Positions 41,097 through 51,300 are shown, counted from the stretch's first letter. The stretch: DNA of 64,000 nt from Candidatus Helarchaeota archaeon (GCA_019058315.1 JAHPZH010000007.1:190989-254988), one strand, 5' to 3'. Made by a program: numbers and translations. The notes: generated by a model from the letters alone, not told the origin.

Positions 41097-41888
41097 TTAT
41101 AAAGACATTGTAATAGAAGAAATGATTTCAGTTCCTGTTTGTTCTACTGCAAAAGTGAGGGTATCCATAGCAATCTCTGCGGTAAATGTAAATCCATCTT
41201 CAACTATTTCGAAAGTATAAGTCTCTTCTTCAGTTGGTGCTAATTCAATACTTAGTACTGTTTCATCTTCAGCAAATGATAAAGTATAACTCGGACCTGC
41301 GGCAGTATAATAAGTTATAGAAGCGGTATAACCTATTTCACTAGAACTTGAATTCAATTCAAATGAATGAACCAATCCAAATGCTGAAAATTCTATCGTT
41401 AGAATTGTTAATCCTTCTGAAGTTTCCAGACCATAATATGTTCTATCAAGAGTAGCCGTTTCCATACTAAAAGTCCAAGTTTCTTCTTGATCTACTGAAA
41501 TAGAACTTTGCCATTGTAACTTACCAGAAGCGATTGCAAAGGGAATTATCAATAGACAAATGAGAATTATTGCAAAAATGGCAAAAACTATAAATTTTGG
41601 CTTATCTATTATCTCAGGCATCCTTTTTATCAAGTAAAATAGACCAATTGTGAGTGCAAAAGCTAGAATAATTCCTAATGGTCCTAATATAAAATCTCCA
41701 AATTTCCCTAGATCTATTCCTGGTAATACACCTACTTCAGGTTCACCTACTCGAGAATCTTCGAAGGTTGCCTTTTCAAATCCATCAGGATTTCCACTAG
41801 GAAAAGGTATTCCAAGAAATGCTAGAGGTATAATGGCCACAAGACACCCAGTTATTAAAAGTAATGCAAAAATTATTTTCTTATTCAT
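41097..41888 (-). CDS. PDGLE-domain (NikN-like) protein with extra C-terminal domain
   Basis: SGNPDGFE between two TMs, then a third TM and an acidic S/T/E-rich domain; 4-bp overlap with cbiM. Confidence 0.75.
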   Translation of the reverse strand: MNKKIIFALLLITGCLVAIIPLAFLGIPFPSGNPDGFEKATFEDSRVGEPEVGVLPGIDLGKFGDFILGPLGIILAFALTIGLFYLIKRMPEIIDKPKFIVFAIFAIILICLLIIPFAIASGKLQWQSSISVDQEETWTFSMETATLDRTYYGLETSEGLTILTIEFSAFGLVHSFELNSSSSEIGYTASITYYTAAGPSYTLSFAEDETVLSIELAPTEEETYTFEIVEDGFTFTAEIAMDTLTFAVEQTGTEIISSITMSL

Positions 41889-42550
41889 TCTATAGCCTCC
41901 AGACCTAAGTTATCGATGGTTGTTATTAATTCAGGTTTAGCTTTTGTGATATATGCTATGACAGCAGCGGTTATCGCAGCTTCACCAATTCCAATTATCA
42001 AATGATAAATTAACATTGGTGGAAGGGACACTTCCCACGATACAACACCAGATAATTGAAGTTCTATTGGAACCATTAGAGCTGCCACAACAATTGATAT
42101 AAAACTTGCAATTGCTGAACTAATTATAAGATTCTTCCTGGTATCCAGTTTTCTTCCAAGTATTTTTACAAATAAAGCAAGTAAAACATATCCAAACATT
42201 CCACCTATTATTCCCATATTAAATACATTTACACCGATAGCCGTAATACCTCCATCACCCATAATAGCTTGTATTAATAAGACTAAAATCATTATTATGG
42301 GTGCTGCCCAAGGACCGAGTATTGCGGCAATCATAGTTCCTCCTACTAAATGTCCAGAAGTACCACCAGGAACAGGAAAATTTACAAATTGTGCTGCAAA
42401 AATAAACGCTGCTAATACACCAATATAAGGTACAAATTCTTCATCAAGCTCTTTTTCAAGTTTATAGAAACAAATTGCCAGTATTATCAATGAAATAACA
42501 AAAAAAGTTATCCATAGCCACGGTGCTAAAATACCATCTGGTATATGCAA
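41885..42550 (-). CDS. cbiM: ECF Co/Ni transporter S component (CbiM/NikM)
   Basis: N-terminal MHIPDG (TTG start), NFPVPGGTSGHLVGG, GDGGITA.G.N, IGIGEA. Confidence 0.93.
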   Translation of the reverse strand: MHIPDGILAPWLWITFFVISLIILAICFYKLEKELDEEFVPYIGVLAAFIFAAQFVNFPVPGGTSGHLVGGTMIAAILGPWAAPIIMILVLLIQAIMGDGGITAIGVNVFNMGIIGGMFGYVLLALFVKILGRKLDTRKNLIISSAIASFISIVVAALMVPIELQLSGVVSWEVSLPPMLIYHLIIGIGEAAITAAVIAYITKAKPELITTIDNLGLEAIE

Positions 42551-42587
42551 ATTATATTACTCCTTTTATATTTTTCAAAATAAGTGA

Positions 42588-42667
42588 GTATTACTAATTT
42601 TCAAAATAGTATTATCCTAAGAAAAAAATTTGTATAAAAATATTACCTAATCATGTTTGAGTATTAC
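42588..42667. promoter_or_regulatory. Two NikR-like operators
   Basis: GTATTAC-N14-GTATTAT (42588-42615) and ATATTAC-N14-GTATTAC (42640-42667), both 28 bp, directly upstream of cbiM. Confidence 0.6.
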
Positions 42668-42729
42668 CCATTATATTTTATTAAAAAAAGAATTATGCTG
42701 ATTTTATATTAACGATTTTAATTGAGTGT

Positions 42730-43437
42730 GTGTTTATGAAAAAATATGATGCAAGAGGTTTGATGGCATTTTGGACTAATATTGATGATGAACACTTGCT
42801 AGAAGTACAAAAATGGCATAATTGTGAACATGTGACTGAACGAGTCACTATTCCAGGTTTTCTCGTTGGTCGGCGCTATCGAGGTGTCGATAAGGCGCAT
42901 ACTTATTTGATGTACTATGAAACAACAGATACAAGTATCTTACAAAGCGAACCATACCTTCATGCATTAAATAATTCTACACCTTGGACTAAAAAATCCT
43001 TAAAATATTTTAAAAATAATATTCGCAATATTTACGAATTGATTACAATAGAAGGAACCTCGGCGATCACTGAAGCTCCCTATCTCTACATCATCCGCTT
43101 TAATATTGCGTCTGAAAAGGAGAATGAAGTTGTTAATTGGCTCAAAACATATTATCTATCCAAAATATCTGCACTATCCAACGTTTATCGCTGTTGCCTT
43201 TATCAGATCGATGAAAAAATCTCTAATATAATGACTGGTGAACGTGAGATATATGGTGGCGGACCGGGACAGCAGAAGTATTTACTAATGTTTGAGCTAG
43301 CTTCGCAATATTTACCAAAAAATCAAGAATGGCAAAGTATAAATGAAGAAAATTTAGATAAAATCAAATATTTTAAAAACAAATTCGAGGAATATTCTTT
43401 CCTAGAATTTTTTTTATATGCCCCAGAAAAAAATTAA
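42730..43437 (+). CDS. Dimeric alpha/beta barrel protein (EthD/DUF4286-like, two domains)
   Basis: WHNCEH..ERV.IPGF..GRRY, YL..YE, S..Y; degenerate second repeat. Confidence 0.7.
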   Translation: MFMKKYDARGLMAFWTNIDDEHLLEVQKWHNCEHVTERVTIPGFLVGRRYRGVDKAHTYLMYYETTDTSILQSEPYLHALNNSTPWTKKSLKYFKNNIRNIYELITIEGTSAITEAPYLYIIRFNIASEKENEVVNWLKTYYLSKISALSNVYRCCLYQIDEKISNIMTGEREIYGGGPGQQKYLLMFELASQYLPKNQEWQSINEENLDKIKYFKNKFEEYSFLEFFLYAPEKN

Positions 43438-44804
43438 ATATATTGGGAATCTCTAAGGACACATCCTGTTGCTTTTCCTAGCTTCATTAATTCGGAACAT
43501 TTTGAACAGGTTACACACGTCTTTTTTTTCTCAATTTTTCCTTGTTGAAAAATTTGTCGTGGAAAATTTGGATTTGCAAACGCCATTCTACCAAATCCAC
43601 AAATATCCACGTTTCTACCTTGGATTAACCCCGCTGCTACATATCCTGCATATTGCCGCAGAAAAGAATAGCATGAACCAACTACTATCATATCTTTAGG
43701 AATATGTTGTTTAACTACTGATGTTAAATTCATTATTCTGCTCACACCATATAAAGGATGTTCAGCAGGTAAATGACCGTCTTTTACGGAAGTGTTATAA
43801 GGTCTCGTTATATGTGGTGTATAGTGGGGATTTCCTGCTGAGATGTTGATTAATCGCACACCTAATTGATATAACTGTTTTGCTAATTCTATAGGTTCTG
43901 TTAGATCAACTGACGCTGGAAAGGTTTGGTTTTTTTGTGCCTTTACACCAAAGCCATTTGGGTAAGGGATGCCATCATAAATACCTAACCGCGAAGTTAT
44001 AAAAAAGTTTGAATCATTTTTAACTTTATTTTTTAATTTTTTGATAATATTTAGAAAGAATTTTGTTCTATTCTCTAAATTTTTTCCTCCATATTCCGAA
44101 TCTTCTCTAATTCGAGCAGACAACAATTCGCTAATTAAATATCCATGACAAGCTTTAATGTCAACCCCATCAAAACCCGCTTCCTTTACTAATATCGCCT
44201 TCTTCACCCAAATATCTTCTAACTCTTTTAATTCAATATCAGAAATAATTATTCCATCTTGTCTATTGACGTTAAGAGCTGCATCTAAATCTGAATTGTT
44301 ATATACTCTTATTGGGAATCTCTTTCCACCACTTTTAGAATATCTACCCGAATGATTTAATTGTAAAATTAGAACACATTCATTGCTAAATCCTAATTCC
44401 TTAAGTGTTTGATTGCAAATCTCCCTGATTTTTATTACTAATTCTTTAAAATGCTTTAAATTTTCCTCCGTTATCATTAATTGGTGTTTATTTGAACGGG
44501 AATTCTCTGTTATCGCACATGCTTCAAACCAGATTAACCCTACTCCACCTTTTGCATACCTAATATATCTTCTATAGGTTAGTTTACCTGGTGTTCCATC
44601 TTTATCTGAATCGAATCCCTCCATAGGATTTATAGATAACCGGTTTGGAATATATATGTCTTCTAGTTTAACTGCTGTTTTCAAAATTTCTGTTTCATAA
44701 GAGATTGGAATAGTTAACTCCAATTTTTTTATTTTATCCTCAAATTCTGATATGGATTTGAAAGTAAAAGGCTCAAATTTTTTTATAGATGAGGTCGGAT
44801 TCAT
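43434..44804 (-). CDS. NADH:flavin oxidoreductase (Old Yellow Enzyme family)
   Basis: NRL.INPMEG, QLNHSGR, AGFDGVDIKACHGYL, YGG..ENR, GFGR, C-terminal CVTCSKC. Confidence 0.9.
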   Translation of the reverse strand: MNPTSSIKKFEPFTFKSISEFEDKIKKLELTIPISYETEILKTAVKLEDIYIPNRLSINPMEGFDSDKDGTPGKLTYRRYIRYAKGGVGLIWFEACAITENSRSNKHQLMITEENLKHFKELVIKIREICNQTLKELGFSNECVLILQLNHSGRYSKSGGKRFPIRVYNNSDLDAALNVNRQDGIIISDIELKELEDIWVKKAILVKEAGFDGVDIKACHGYLISELLSARIREDSEYGGKNLENRTKFFLNIIKKLKNKVKNDSNFFITSRLGIYDGIPYPNGFGVKAQKNQTFPASVDLTEPIELAKQLYQLGVRLINISAGNPHYTPHITRPYNTSVKDGHLPAEHPLYGVSRIMNLTSVVKQHIPKDMIVVGSCYSFLRQYAGYVAAGLIQGRNVDICGFGRMAFANPNFPRQIFQQGKIEKKKTCVTCSKCSELMKLGKATGCVLRDSQYI

Positions 44805-45039
44805 CAGTATAAACTGTAAAATATGATCTTTAAAGAGTTTGTTAGGATACTTAATTAAAAATTAAACCAAAAAGTAGCTATATTTTTTCAATATTTTTTC
44901 TCATTTTTCTAGATTTTTCATTTAGTTCATAAAGAAACTGTTGAATTTGCAGATCAATTAATGAAGGTTTTTTATTATGTTCTGTTTCTTTATTATTTTT
45001 TATTTCATTAGTCATTTACTCTAAACCCAATAAAAAAAA

Positions 45040-46914
45040 TTAGATATGATATGAAGTTCTTAATTTAAATTCTGCCTTCTTAGCGGGGTTCCACCGTTCT
45101 ACTGGTCTATAATATCCTGTAACACGACTCCATATTATAGTCTGACTATTACAAATCGGACAAGAGGGAAAATTTCCTATTAGTGTTTTCTGGCAATTTT
45201 GGCATACAGAGAGGGTTGGAGTTATGCTAAAATAAGATAAATCCGAATTTTCAGCCGTATTCTTTATGAATTTGGTGAGACCTTCTACGTTAGAAATTTC
45301 ATCCATAAATAGATGCGTTATACATCCACCAGTAAATTCCCTATGAAATTCTCCCTCAATTTTTATTTTGTCAACTATACCTTTATAATCTACAGGCAGA
45401 TGAGTGCTATTTGTATATTCTAGAACACCATTATCATTAATTGAATAATACGCCGCATCCCCAAAATCTTGATAGTCGTGAAATGCAAATCTTCCGGCTG
45501 TTTTTTCAGCTGGTGTCTGTTCTAAATTATATAACATTCTGTCTTCTCGTTGAAATTCGGCAATTCTTTCACGTATATATCTTAAGACTTTTTTTGTTAG
45601 CGCACGCCCAGCTATTGAATATATGGGTTGTCCAATATAATTCATACAAAAATCATGAAAACCGACAACTCCAATAGTATTAAAATGATTCATGAATCCA
45701 CTACAAAGGGTTCGTTGAGTCGTGGGTAATAATCCGTTATTTAAACTATGAGTTATAACTTTTCGTTTATGTTTTAATTGTTTTCGGGCAATTTCTAAAA
45801 TTTTATCTAGATTTCCGAATAAATCTCCATTTTTACGTGATATAAATCCAATTCTAGGCATATTTAAAGAAACTACTCCAATGGATCCAGTATTTTCACC
45901 AATAGCCCAAAGTCCCCCAGAATGTTTTTCTATTTCATTATAATCAATTCTTAATCGGCAACACATACTTAAGTTAGAATCGGGCTGTAGATAATCAACA
46001 TTATAATTTAGGAAATAGGGTGATCCTTTTTTAGCTGTGAGCTCCATAAGAAGTCTACCTATCTCGGAATCATATTCGAAATCTTTATCTAAAGCTATTG
46101 TAGGAATCGGAAATGTAAATGGATTACCTTTTGCATCCCCCTCTTGAATTACTTCAATGAAAGCTCTATTAACCAGAGCCATGTCTTCTTTTAATTGATC
46201 ATATGTAAAGGATTGTTCTTTGCCTCCTAATAACGCAGGCACTCCTTTATATCGTTCAGGAAGTGTCAAATCTAATGTTATATTGATAAATGGAGGTTGA
46301 TCACCATATCTTGTTGGAAAATTTAAATTGAAAACAAAATTTTGTATGTGCTGTTTTACTTGTTTATAGTCTAAATGATCTATCCTAACAAATGGGGCCA
46401 GTAGAACATCTACATCAGAAAATGCTAGTGCCCCTGCCCATTCTCGCTGAACAGTGACTATAAAATTTATCATATGGTTTAAAATTGTTTGTAGATGTTT
46501 TGCGGGTTTTGCACTTATAACTAAATCTAAACCATCCCTAATTAATTGGCGTAAATCCCATCCTGAACAATAACCACAAAATCTACTTGTCCATAGATCA
46601 TGAAGGTGAATTAATCCTACCTCATGTGCTCTTACGGCGTCTGGAGCATTTTTATATAAATCTTTTAATGCATTTCTCTTAAAATCATATTGGCTAACTG
46701 AATTCACTAGTCCGCTAAAAGATTTTCTCGTATTTGCATTATCATTTTGTACAAAAGAATCTTGAAGATATTTCTTAATCTGACTTTCGATCATATTATC
46801 AAAATTTGCTAAATCAACATGAACTGTCCTTCTAGTCGGGACTAATTCAATCTCTTCTCTTCTTAATGCCTCCACTTCAAGAATCCTATCAGGTTCTACA
46901 CTTTTATCCATCAT
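45040..46914 (-). CDS. nrdD: Class III anaerobic ribonucleoside-triphosphate reductase, no ATP cone
   Basis: HLHDL, GYC, FTFPIPT, MCCRL, TPAE, YTNS, CQNC..CPIC zinc site, SRVTGY glycyl-radical loop. Confidence 0.93.
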   Translation of the reverse strand: MMDKSVEPDRILEVEALRREEIELVPTRRTVHVDLANFDNMIESQIKKYLQDSFVQNDNANTRKSFSGLVNSVSQYDFKRNALKDLYKNAPDAVRAHEVGLIHLHDLWTSRFCGYCSGWDLRQLIRDGLDLVISAKPAKHLQTILNHMINFIVTVQREWAGALAFSDVDVLLAPFVRIDHLDYKQVKQHIQNFVFNLNFPTRYGDQPPFINITLDLTLPERYKGVPALLGGKEQSFTYDQLKEDMALVNRAFIEVIQEGDAKGNPFTFPIPTIALDKDFEYDSEIGRLLMELTAKKGSPYFLNYNVDYLQPDSNLSMCCRLRIDYNEIEKHSGGLWAIGENTGSIGVVSLNMPRIGFISRKNGDLFGNLDKILEIARKQLKHKRKVITHSLNNGLLPTTQRTLCSGFMNHFNTIGVVGFHDFCMNYIGQPIYSIAGRALTKKVLRYIRERIAEFQREDRMLYNLEQTPAEKTAGRFAFHDYQDFGDAAYYSINDNGVLEYTNSTHLPVDYKGIVDKIKIEGEFHREFTGGCITHLFMDEISNVEGLTKFIKNTAENSDLSYFSITPTLSVCQNCQKTLIGNFPSCPICNSQTIIWSRVTGYYRPVERWNPAKKAEFKLRTSYHI

Positions 46915-47281
46915 CCAACGCCTCTTTTCTGTCCATTAATTATAATTTTTTTGATTTTCCCTCTAGAGTTTTTTATCGATAAACTTACCTTTTAGCCTAA
47001 AAAACCATTATCAAAAAAATTTGATAATTTTATAAAATAAATTTGAATAAATTATTTAAACCCCACTTTATTATAAAAATATTTTTGGATAGTACTATGA
47101 AAAAAATTTTAGTGGAAAATTAGTGATTTTTGCTATATTTGTGTTAAATTAGGATCAATCAATATACATGTTTTTTCATATTTAAATCAAATTTTGATTT
47201 AATTAGTATTAATATTGAATAAAGATACACTTAATTAAATAAATAAATATTAAATTCTTCTTGTAGAGAAAAATATACAAT

Positions 47282-47428
47282 AGTTTTTTCTTTGTCATTG
47301 ACAGAATTGATGGATCCGGATTTACTACATATGGTAAATTATTAGGGGATCATTTAAAACAAAAGAGAGATGTATTTATAACTCAATAACCATCCACTAA
47401 TGAAATTGGTAATCTAATTAGAAAATGA
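47282..47428 (+). pseudogene. tmk 5' fragment 1
   Basis: Reads SFFFVIDRIDGSGFTTYGKLLGDHLKQKRDVFITQ*PSTNEIGNLIRK*, matching the first ~50 codons of tmk (52572); no start codon, internal stop. Confidence 0.88.
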
Positions 47429-47605
47429 AGAAACCTAAATCAAGAAATTTAACTTCGATATTACTTTTTCATAATCTTCAATTTCCACATATTTAAAAGC
47501 TCAACTTAAACTCCTAATTTCTTTAAATTTTTTAAATAAAATGTAATTTACTTAATGTTTTATATAAAATGGTTAATTTTTTTGATAAAAAAGGAAGTCA
47601 AAAAT
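47429..47605 (+). promoter_or_regulatory. Repeated upstream/promoter segment of 7TM genes (copies at ~49034-49211 and, partial, ~50021-50118)
   Basis: Near-identical DNA in each copy, with palindrome GTAATTTAC (47543, 49148, 50055), a TTTATA TATA-like box and AAGGAA before the ATG. Confidence 0.7.
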
Positions 47606-48322
47606 ATGTTTCCATTTGAACCTGACTATTATTTGATATTATATATTCAAGCAATAATTTGGTTTATTTTAGTTGGATTTTTAATTTATTTAATTTTTAG
47701 AAACAAATTAACCTATATTGATGAATTTAGACAGAGGATTGTTTCAGGAATTTTTTTCTTTATAATCATTATGAGTTGTATTCTAGTTTTTCAGGTTAGT
47801 CTTCAAATTCCTCAGGAAATTCTTATTATGGTATATTTAATTATGTTTATAGGTTATATAATTTTTATAGCATTAACTCTACATGGAATATCCAAACTTA
47901 TTAATTATGTCTCTTCAATTATTGATTTTGAAACAAAGAATAAAAAGAAGTTTGCTATTATATTTTCGACAATTTTAACCGCTATTCTTTCTATCATATA
48001 TGCTATCCCTAGATTAAATGATGTTATATTGCTTACTGGATTATCTTTTCAAATAATATCATGGTTAATTGTTTATTTTGCTGCTATATACACATTATTT
48101 TTACATCAAGAGATGAGAAAGATTGATTTAAATATCTTGTTATATTTTGGACTTTGTTATTTATGTATTGCTTCTAGTCAATTGCTTTCACTATTTCTGG
48201 ATTCTAGAACCGATATGTTATTTTGGGTATTTACCCTCTTATTTTTTACAGTATTAAATATCTTTTTAATCATTGGGTATTTAGATTTTAAAAATAAAGT
48301 AAATAAGGGATTAGTAAAATGA
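47606..48322 (+). CDS. 7TM membrane protein, array copy 1
   Basis: Seven hydrophobic segments; start set to ATG 47606 by alignment with paralogs (MFPFE...). Confidence 0.85.
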   Translation: MFPFEPDYYLILYIQAIIWFILVGFLIYLIFRNKLTYIDEFRQRIVSGIFFFIIIMSCILVFQVSLQIPQEILIMVYLIMFIGYIIFIALTLHGISKLINYVSSIIDFETKNKKKFAIIFSTILTAILSIIYAIPRLNDVILLTGLSFQIISWLIVYFAAIYTLFLHQEMRKIDLNILLYFGLCYLCIASSQLLSLFLDSRTDMLFWVFTLLFFTVLNIFLIIGYLDFKNKVNKGLVK

Positions 48323-48726
48323 GTAAAGATTTAATACAAGCGTATAAATTTCTACTGGATAATACTCTTTCTAGAAGTCAGGAAATACTTGGTAAAAAAT
48401 TTATCATAAAGTTAATTAAAAAAGCTGAAAATATTACCACTAAGGAGGGAATGTCATTATTAAAGGGACTAGAATATAGTAAAAAAGAGTTACAACTCGA
48501 TATACTATATAAAAACTACAATGAAAATGAAGCTGGCTATACAAAGGAAATTATTGTTGACACTTTTAATACACTCATAAAGCTAATCGATAAAGCGTTA
48601 TCTATGCTTGTGGGGAAAGATAACGCAGTAAAAATAATTAATGATGGAGTGCAAGACACTAAACTTAATCAAAAAGCTCTTTTTGAAAAAGAAAATATTG
48701 AAGAATATTTGCGTTACAAAGTATAA
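48319..48726 (+). CDS. Soluble helical partner protein, copy 1 (intact)
   Basis: ATGA overlap with 7TM copy 1; 135 aa; 114/135 identical to copy 3 by manual count. Confidence 0.85.
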   Translation: MSKDLIQAYKFLLDNTLSRSQEILGKKFIIKLIKKAENITTKEGMSLLKGLEYSKKELQLDILYKNYNENEAGYTKEIIVDTFNTLIKLIDKALSMLVGKDNAVKIINDGVQDTKLNQKALFEKENIEEYLRYKV

Positions 48727-48878
48727 AAACTGAATTGCGTAATAAGTGAATAACTCAAATATATTATTAATTCTTATTCATAAATTCATTTTAATTGTTT
48801 TCTTTAAAATTATTTTTAATTAAAATATTACATATTATTGTACAATTTAATTGATAATCAAATTTTTTGGAGAAATGA

Positions 48879-49033
48879 ATAAATATATCCTTTTTCATTG
48901 TCATTGATGGAATTGATGGATCTGGGACTACAACTTATTGTAAATTATTAGGGATCATTTAAAATAAAAGAGAGATGTATTTTTAGCTGAAGAACCATCC
49001 ACTAATGAAATTGGTAATTTAATTAGAAAATAA
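48879..49033 (+). pseudogene. tmk 5' fragment 2
   Basis: DNA near-identical to the start of tmk; ATG changed to ATA, 1-bp deletion, CAA changed to TAA; ends at the same junction as fragment 1. Confidence 0.9.
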
Positions 49034-49211
49034 AGAAACCCTAATCAAGAATTTTAACTTTAATATTACTTGTTCATAATTTTTAATTTCTAAATATTTA
49101 AAAGCTCAATTTAAACTCCTAATTCCTTTGAATTTTTTAAATAAAATGTAATTTACTTAATAGTTTATAAAAGAAGATTGATTTTTTTGATTAAAAAAGG
49201 AAGTCAAAAAA

Positions 49212-49940
49212 ATGTTTACATCAGGAACTAATTATGATTTCTTATTATATATCCAAGCAATAATTTGGTTTATATTAGCTGGATTTTTAATTTATTTAAT
49301 TAATAAAAACAAATTAACCTATGTTGATGAATTTAGACGAAAATTCGTTTCAGGAATTTACTTATTAATATTTTCCAATATTCTTACTATATTTTTTCAA
49401 GTCATCATAAAAATTCCACAAGAATTCTATTTAATATTATATAGCTTTGTGACTTTCTTAGGTGTTGGGTTTATGATATTAACACTTATTGGAATATCCC
49501 AATTAATTGATCATATTTCTTCGATAATTGATTTTGAAACAAAAAATAAAAAAAAGTACGCTATTTTAATTTCCGCAATTATAACAATAATTATTTCTAT
49601 CTTATTTGGAATAAGCAGATTAAATGATGCTACTCAGATTTCATTTATATTTGCAATTCCAATAGTTACTTTATTTTACTTTTATACTAGTACATATACG
49701 TTTTTATTACATCAAGAGATGAAAAAAATCGATCTAAATTTTCTCTTATATATATCCCTTAGTTTTTTTACTTTTGGTATAAATTTAATTCCTGGAATAT
49801 TTTTAGATATGACATCTGACGCTTTTTATTGGGTGATTATTTACTTTATAAATATTGGATTCATTCTAATTTTAATCATTGGCTATTTGGATTTTAAGAA
49901 AAAAATAAATAGAGGTTTAAATAAGAGCTCAACAAAATAA
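49212..49940 (+). CDS. 7TM membrane protein, array copy 2
   Basis: Colinear with copy 1; conserved NKLTY.DEFR, SSIIDFETKNKKK, HQEM.KIDL, IIGYLDFK. Confidence 0.85.
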   Translation: MFTSGTNYDFLLYIQAIIWFILAGFLIYLINKNKLTYVDEFRRKFVSGIYLLIFSNILTIFFQVIIKIPQEFYLILYSFVTFLGVGFMILTLIGISQLIDHISSIIDFETKNKKKYAILISAIITIIISILFGISRLNDATQISFIFAIPIVTLFYFYTSTYTFLLHQEMKKIDLNFLLYISLSFFTFGINLIPGIFLDMTSDAFYWVIIYFINIGFILILIIGYLDFKKKINRGLNKSSTK

Positions 49941-50020
49941 GTAAAGATTTAATATAAGCGTATAAATTTTTACTGGATAATACTCTTTCTAGAAGTCAGG
50001 AAATACTTGGTAAAAAGTTT
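49937..50020 (+). pseudogene. Partner protein copy 2 remnant
   Basis: ATGA changed to ATAA (start lost, upstream stop kept); CAA changed to TAA at 49955; truncated after ~28 codons and joined to the promoter segment. Confidence 0.88.
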
Positions 50021-50118
50021 GAACTCCTAATCCTTTAAATTTTTTAGATAAAATGTAATTTACTTAATGTTTTATATAAGATGGGTAATTTCGTTTATAA
50101 AAAAAGGAAATCAAAAAT

Positions 50119-50850
50119 ATGTTCCCATTTGAAGCAAATATTAGTATAATAGATATAATATTATATATCCAAGCAATTGTTTGGTTTATTTCAGCAGGAT
50201 TTTTAGTATATCTAATTAGAAAAAATAAGTTAACTTATATTGATGAATTTAGACAGAAGTTTATTCTCGCTGTTTACGTTTTACTATTAATTGGAGCTAT
50301 AAATGTAATTTTTAATATATTTATTAAAATCCCTCAACAATTCAGTTTATTATTATATCTAATTATGTTTTTATCTGATGTATTTTTTATTGCATTAACA
50401 CTAATCGGAACATCCAAATTAATGGAGTATGTTTCTTCAATAATTGACCTTGAAACAAAAAATAAGAAAAAGATTGCTTTTATAATTTCCATAATTGTAA
50501 CAATTTTTGTTTCCATTATTCATATTATTGTTAAAATAAGCTCATCTGCTACATTGGTAGCAGAAGATTATATTTTGTTTTCAATAGCTATTCTGTTTTT
50601 CTCATTTGCTGCTATCTATTTTCTATTCCTTGATCAGGAGCTGAAAAAAATCGATATAAATATTTTGAGATATTTTGGAATTAGTGTATTATTTCTCCTT
50701 TCTATTTCTTTTTCCTCAATATTTATAGATGTAGAAAGCGGTATTTTTTATTGGGTAATCGTATTCTTTGGTCTAATTGGATTAAATTTCTCTTTAATTC
50801 TGGGGTATTTGGAATTTAAAAACAAAATAAGGAAAGGATTAGCAAAATGA
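50119..50850 (+). CDS. 7TM membrane protein, array copy 3
   Basis: Same conserved loops; seven hydrophobic segments. Confidence 0.85.
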   Translation: MFPFEANISIIDIILYIQAIVWFISAGFLVYLIRKNKLTYIDEFRQKFILAVYVLLLIGAINVIFNIFIKIPQQFSLLLYLIMFLSDVFFIALTLIGTSKLMEYVSSIIDLETKNKKKIAFIISIIVTIFVSIIHIIVKISSSATLVAEDYILFSIAILFFSFAAIYFLFLDQELKKIDINILRYFGISVLFLLSISFSSIFIDVESGIFYWVIVFFGLIGLNFSLILGYLEFKNKIRKGLAK

Positions 50851-51254
50851 GTAAAGATTTAATACAAGCGTATAAATTTCTACTGGATAATACTCTTTCT
50901 AGAAGTCAGGAAATACTTGGTAAAAAATTTATCGAAAAGTTAATTAAAAAAGCGGAAAAAATTACCACTAAAGGGGGAAAATCTTTATTAAAGGGACTAG
51001 ACTACAGTAAAAAAGTGTTACAACTCGATTTATTAAATAAAAACTACGATGAAAATGAAGCTGGTTATACAAAGGAAATTATTGTTGAAACTTTTAATAC
51101 ACTCATAAAGCTAATCGATAAAGCTTTATCTATGCTTGTGGGGAAAGAATACGCCATAAAAATAATTAATGATGGAGTTCAAGACACTAAACTTAATCAA
51201 AAAGATATCTTTGAAAAAGAAAATATCGAAGACTTAATTCAAAGAATTGTATAA
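50847..51254 (+). CDS. Soluble helical partner protein, copy 3 (intact)
   Basis: ATGA overlap; 135 aa; C-terminus EDLIQRIV versus EEYLRYKV in copies 1 and 4. Confidence 0.85.
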   Translation: MSKDLIQAYKFLLDNTLSRSQEILGKKFIEKLIKKAEKITTKGGKSLLKGLDYSKKVLQLDLLNKNYDENEAGYTKEIIVETFNTLIKLIDKALSMLVGKEYAIKIINDGVQDTKLNQKDIFEKENIEDLIQRIV

Positions 51255-51300
51255 TAAGTCTTGAAAAAGAATTATCCACATAAAAGAGAAGGTAAGAAAC

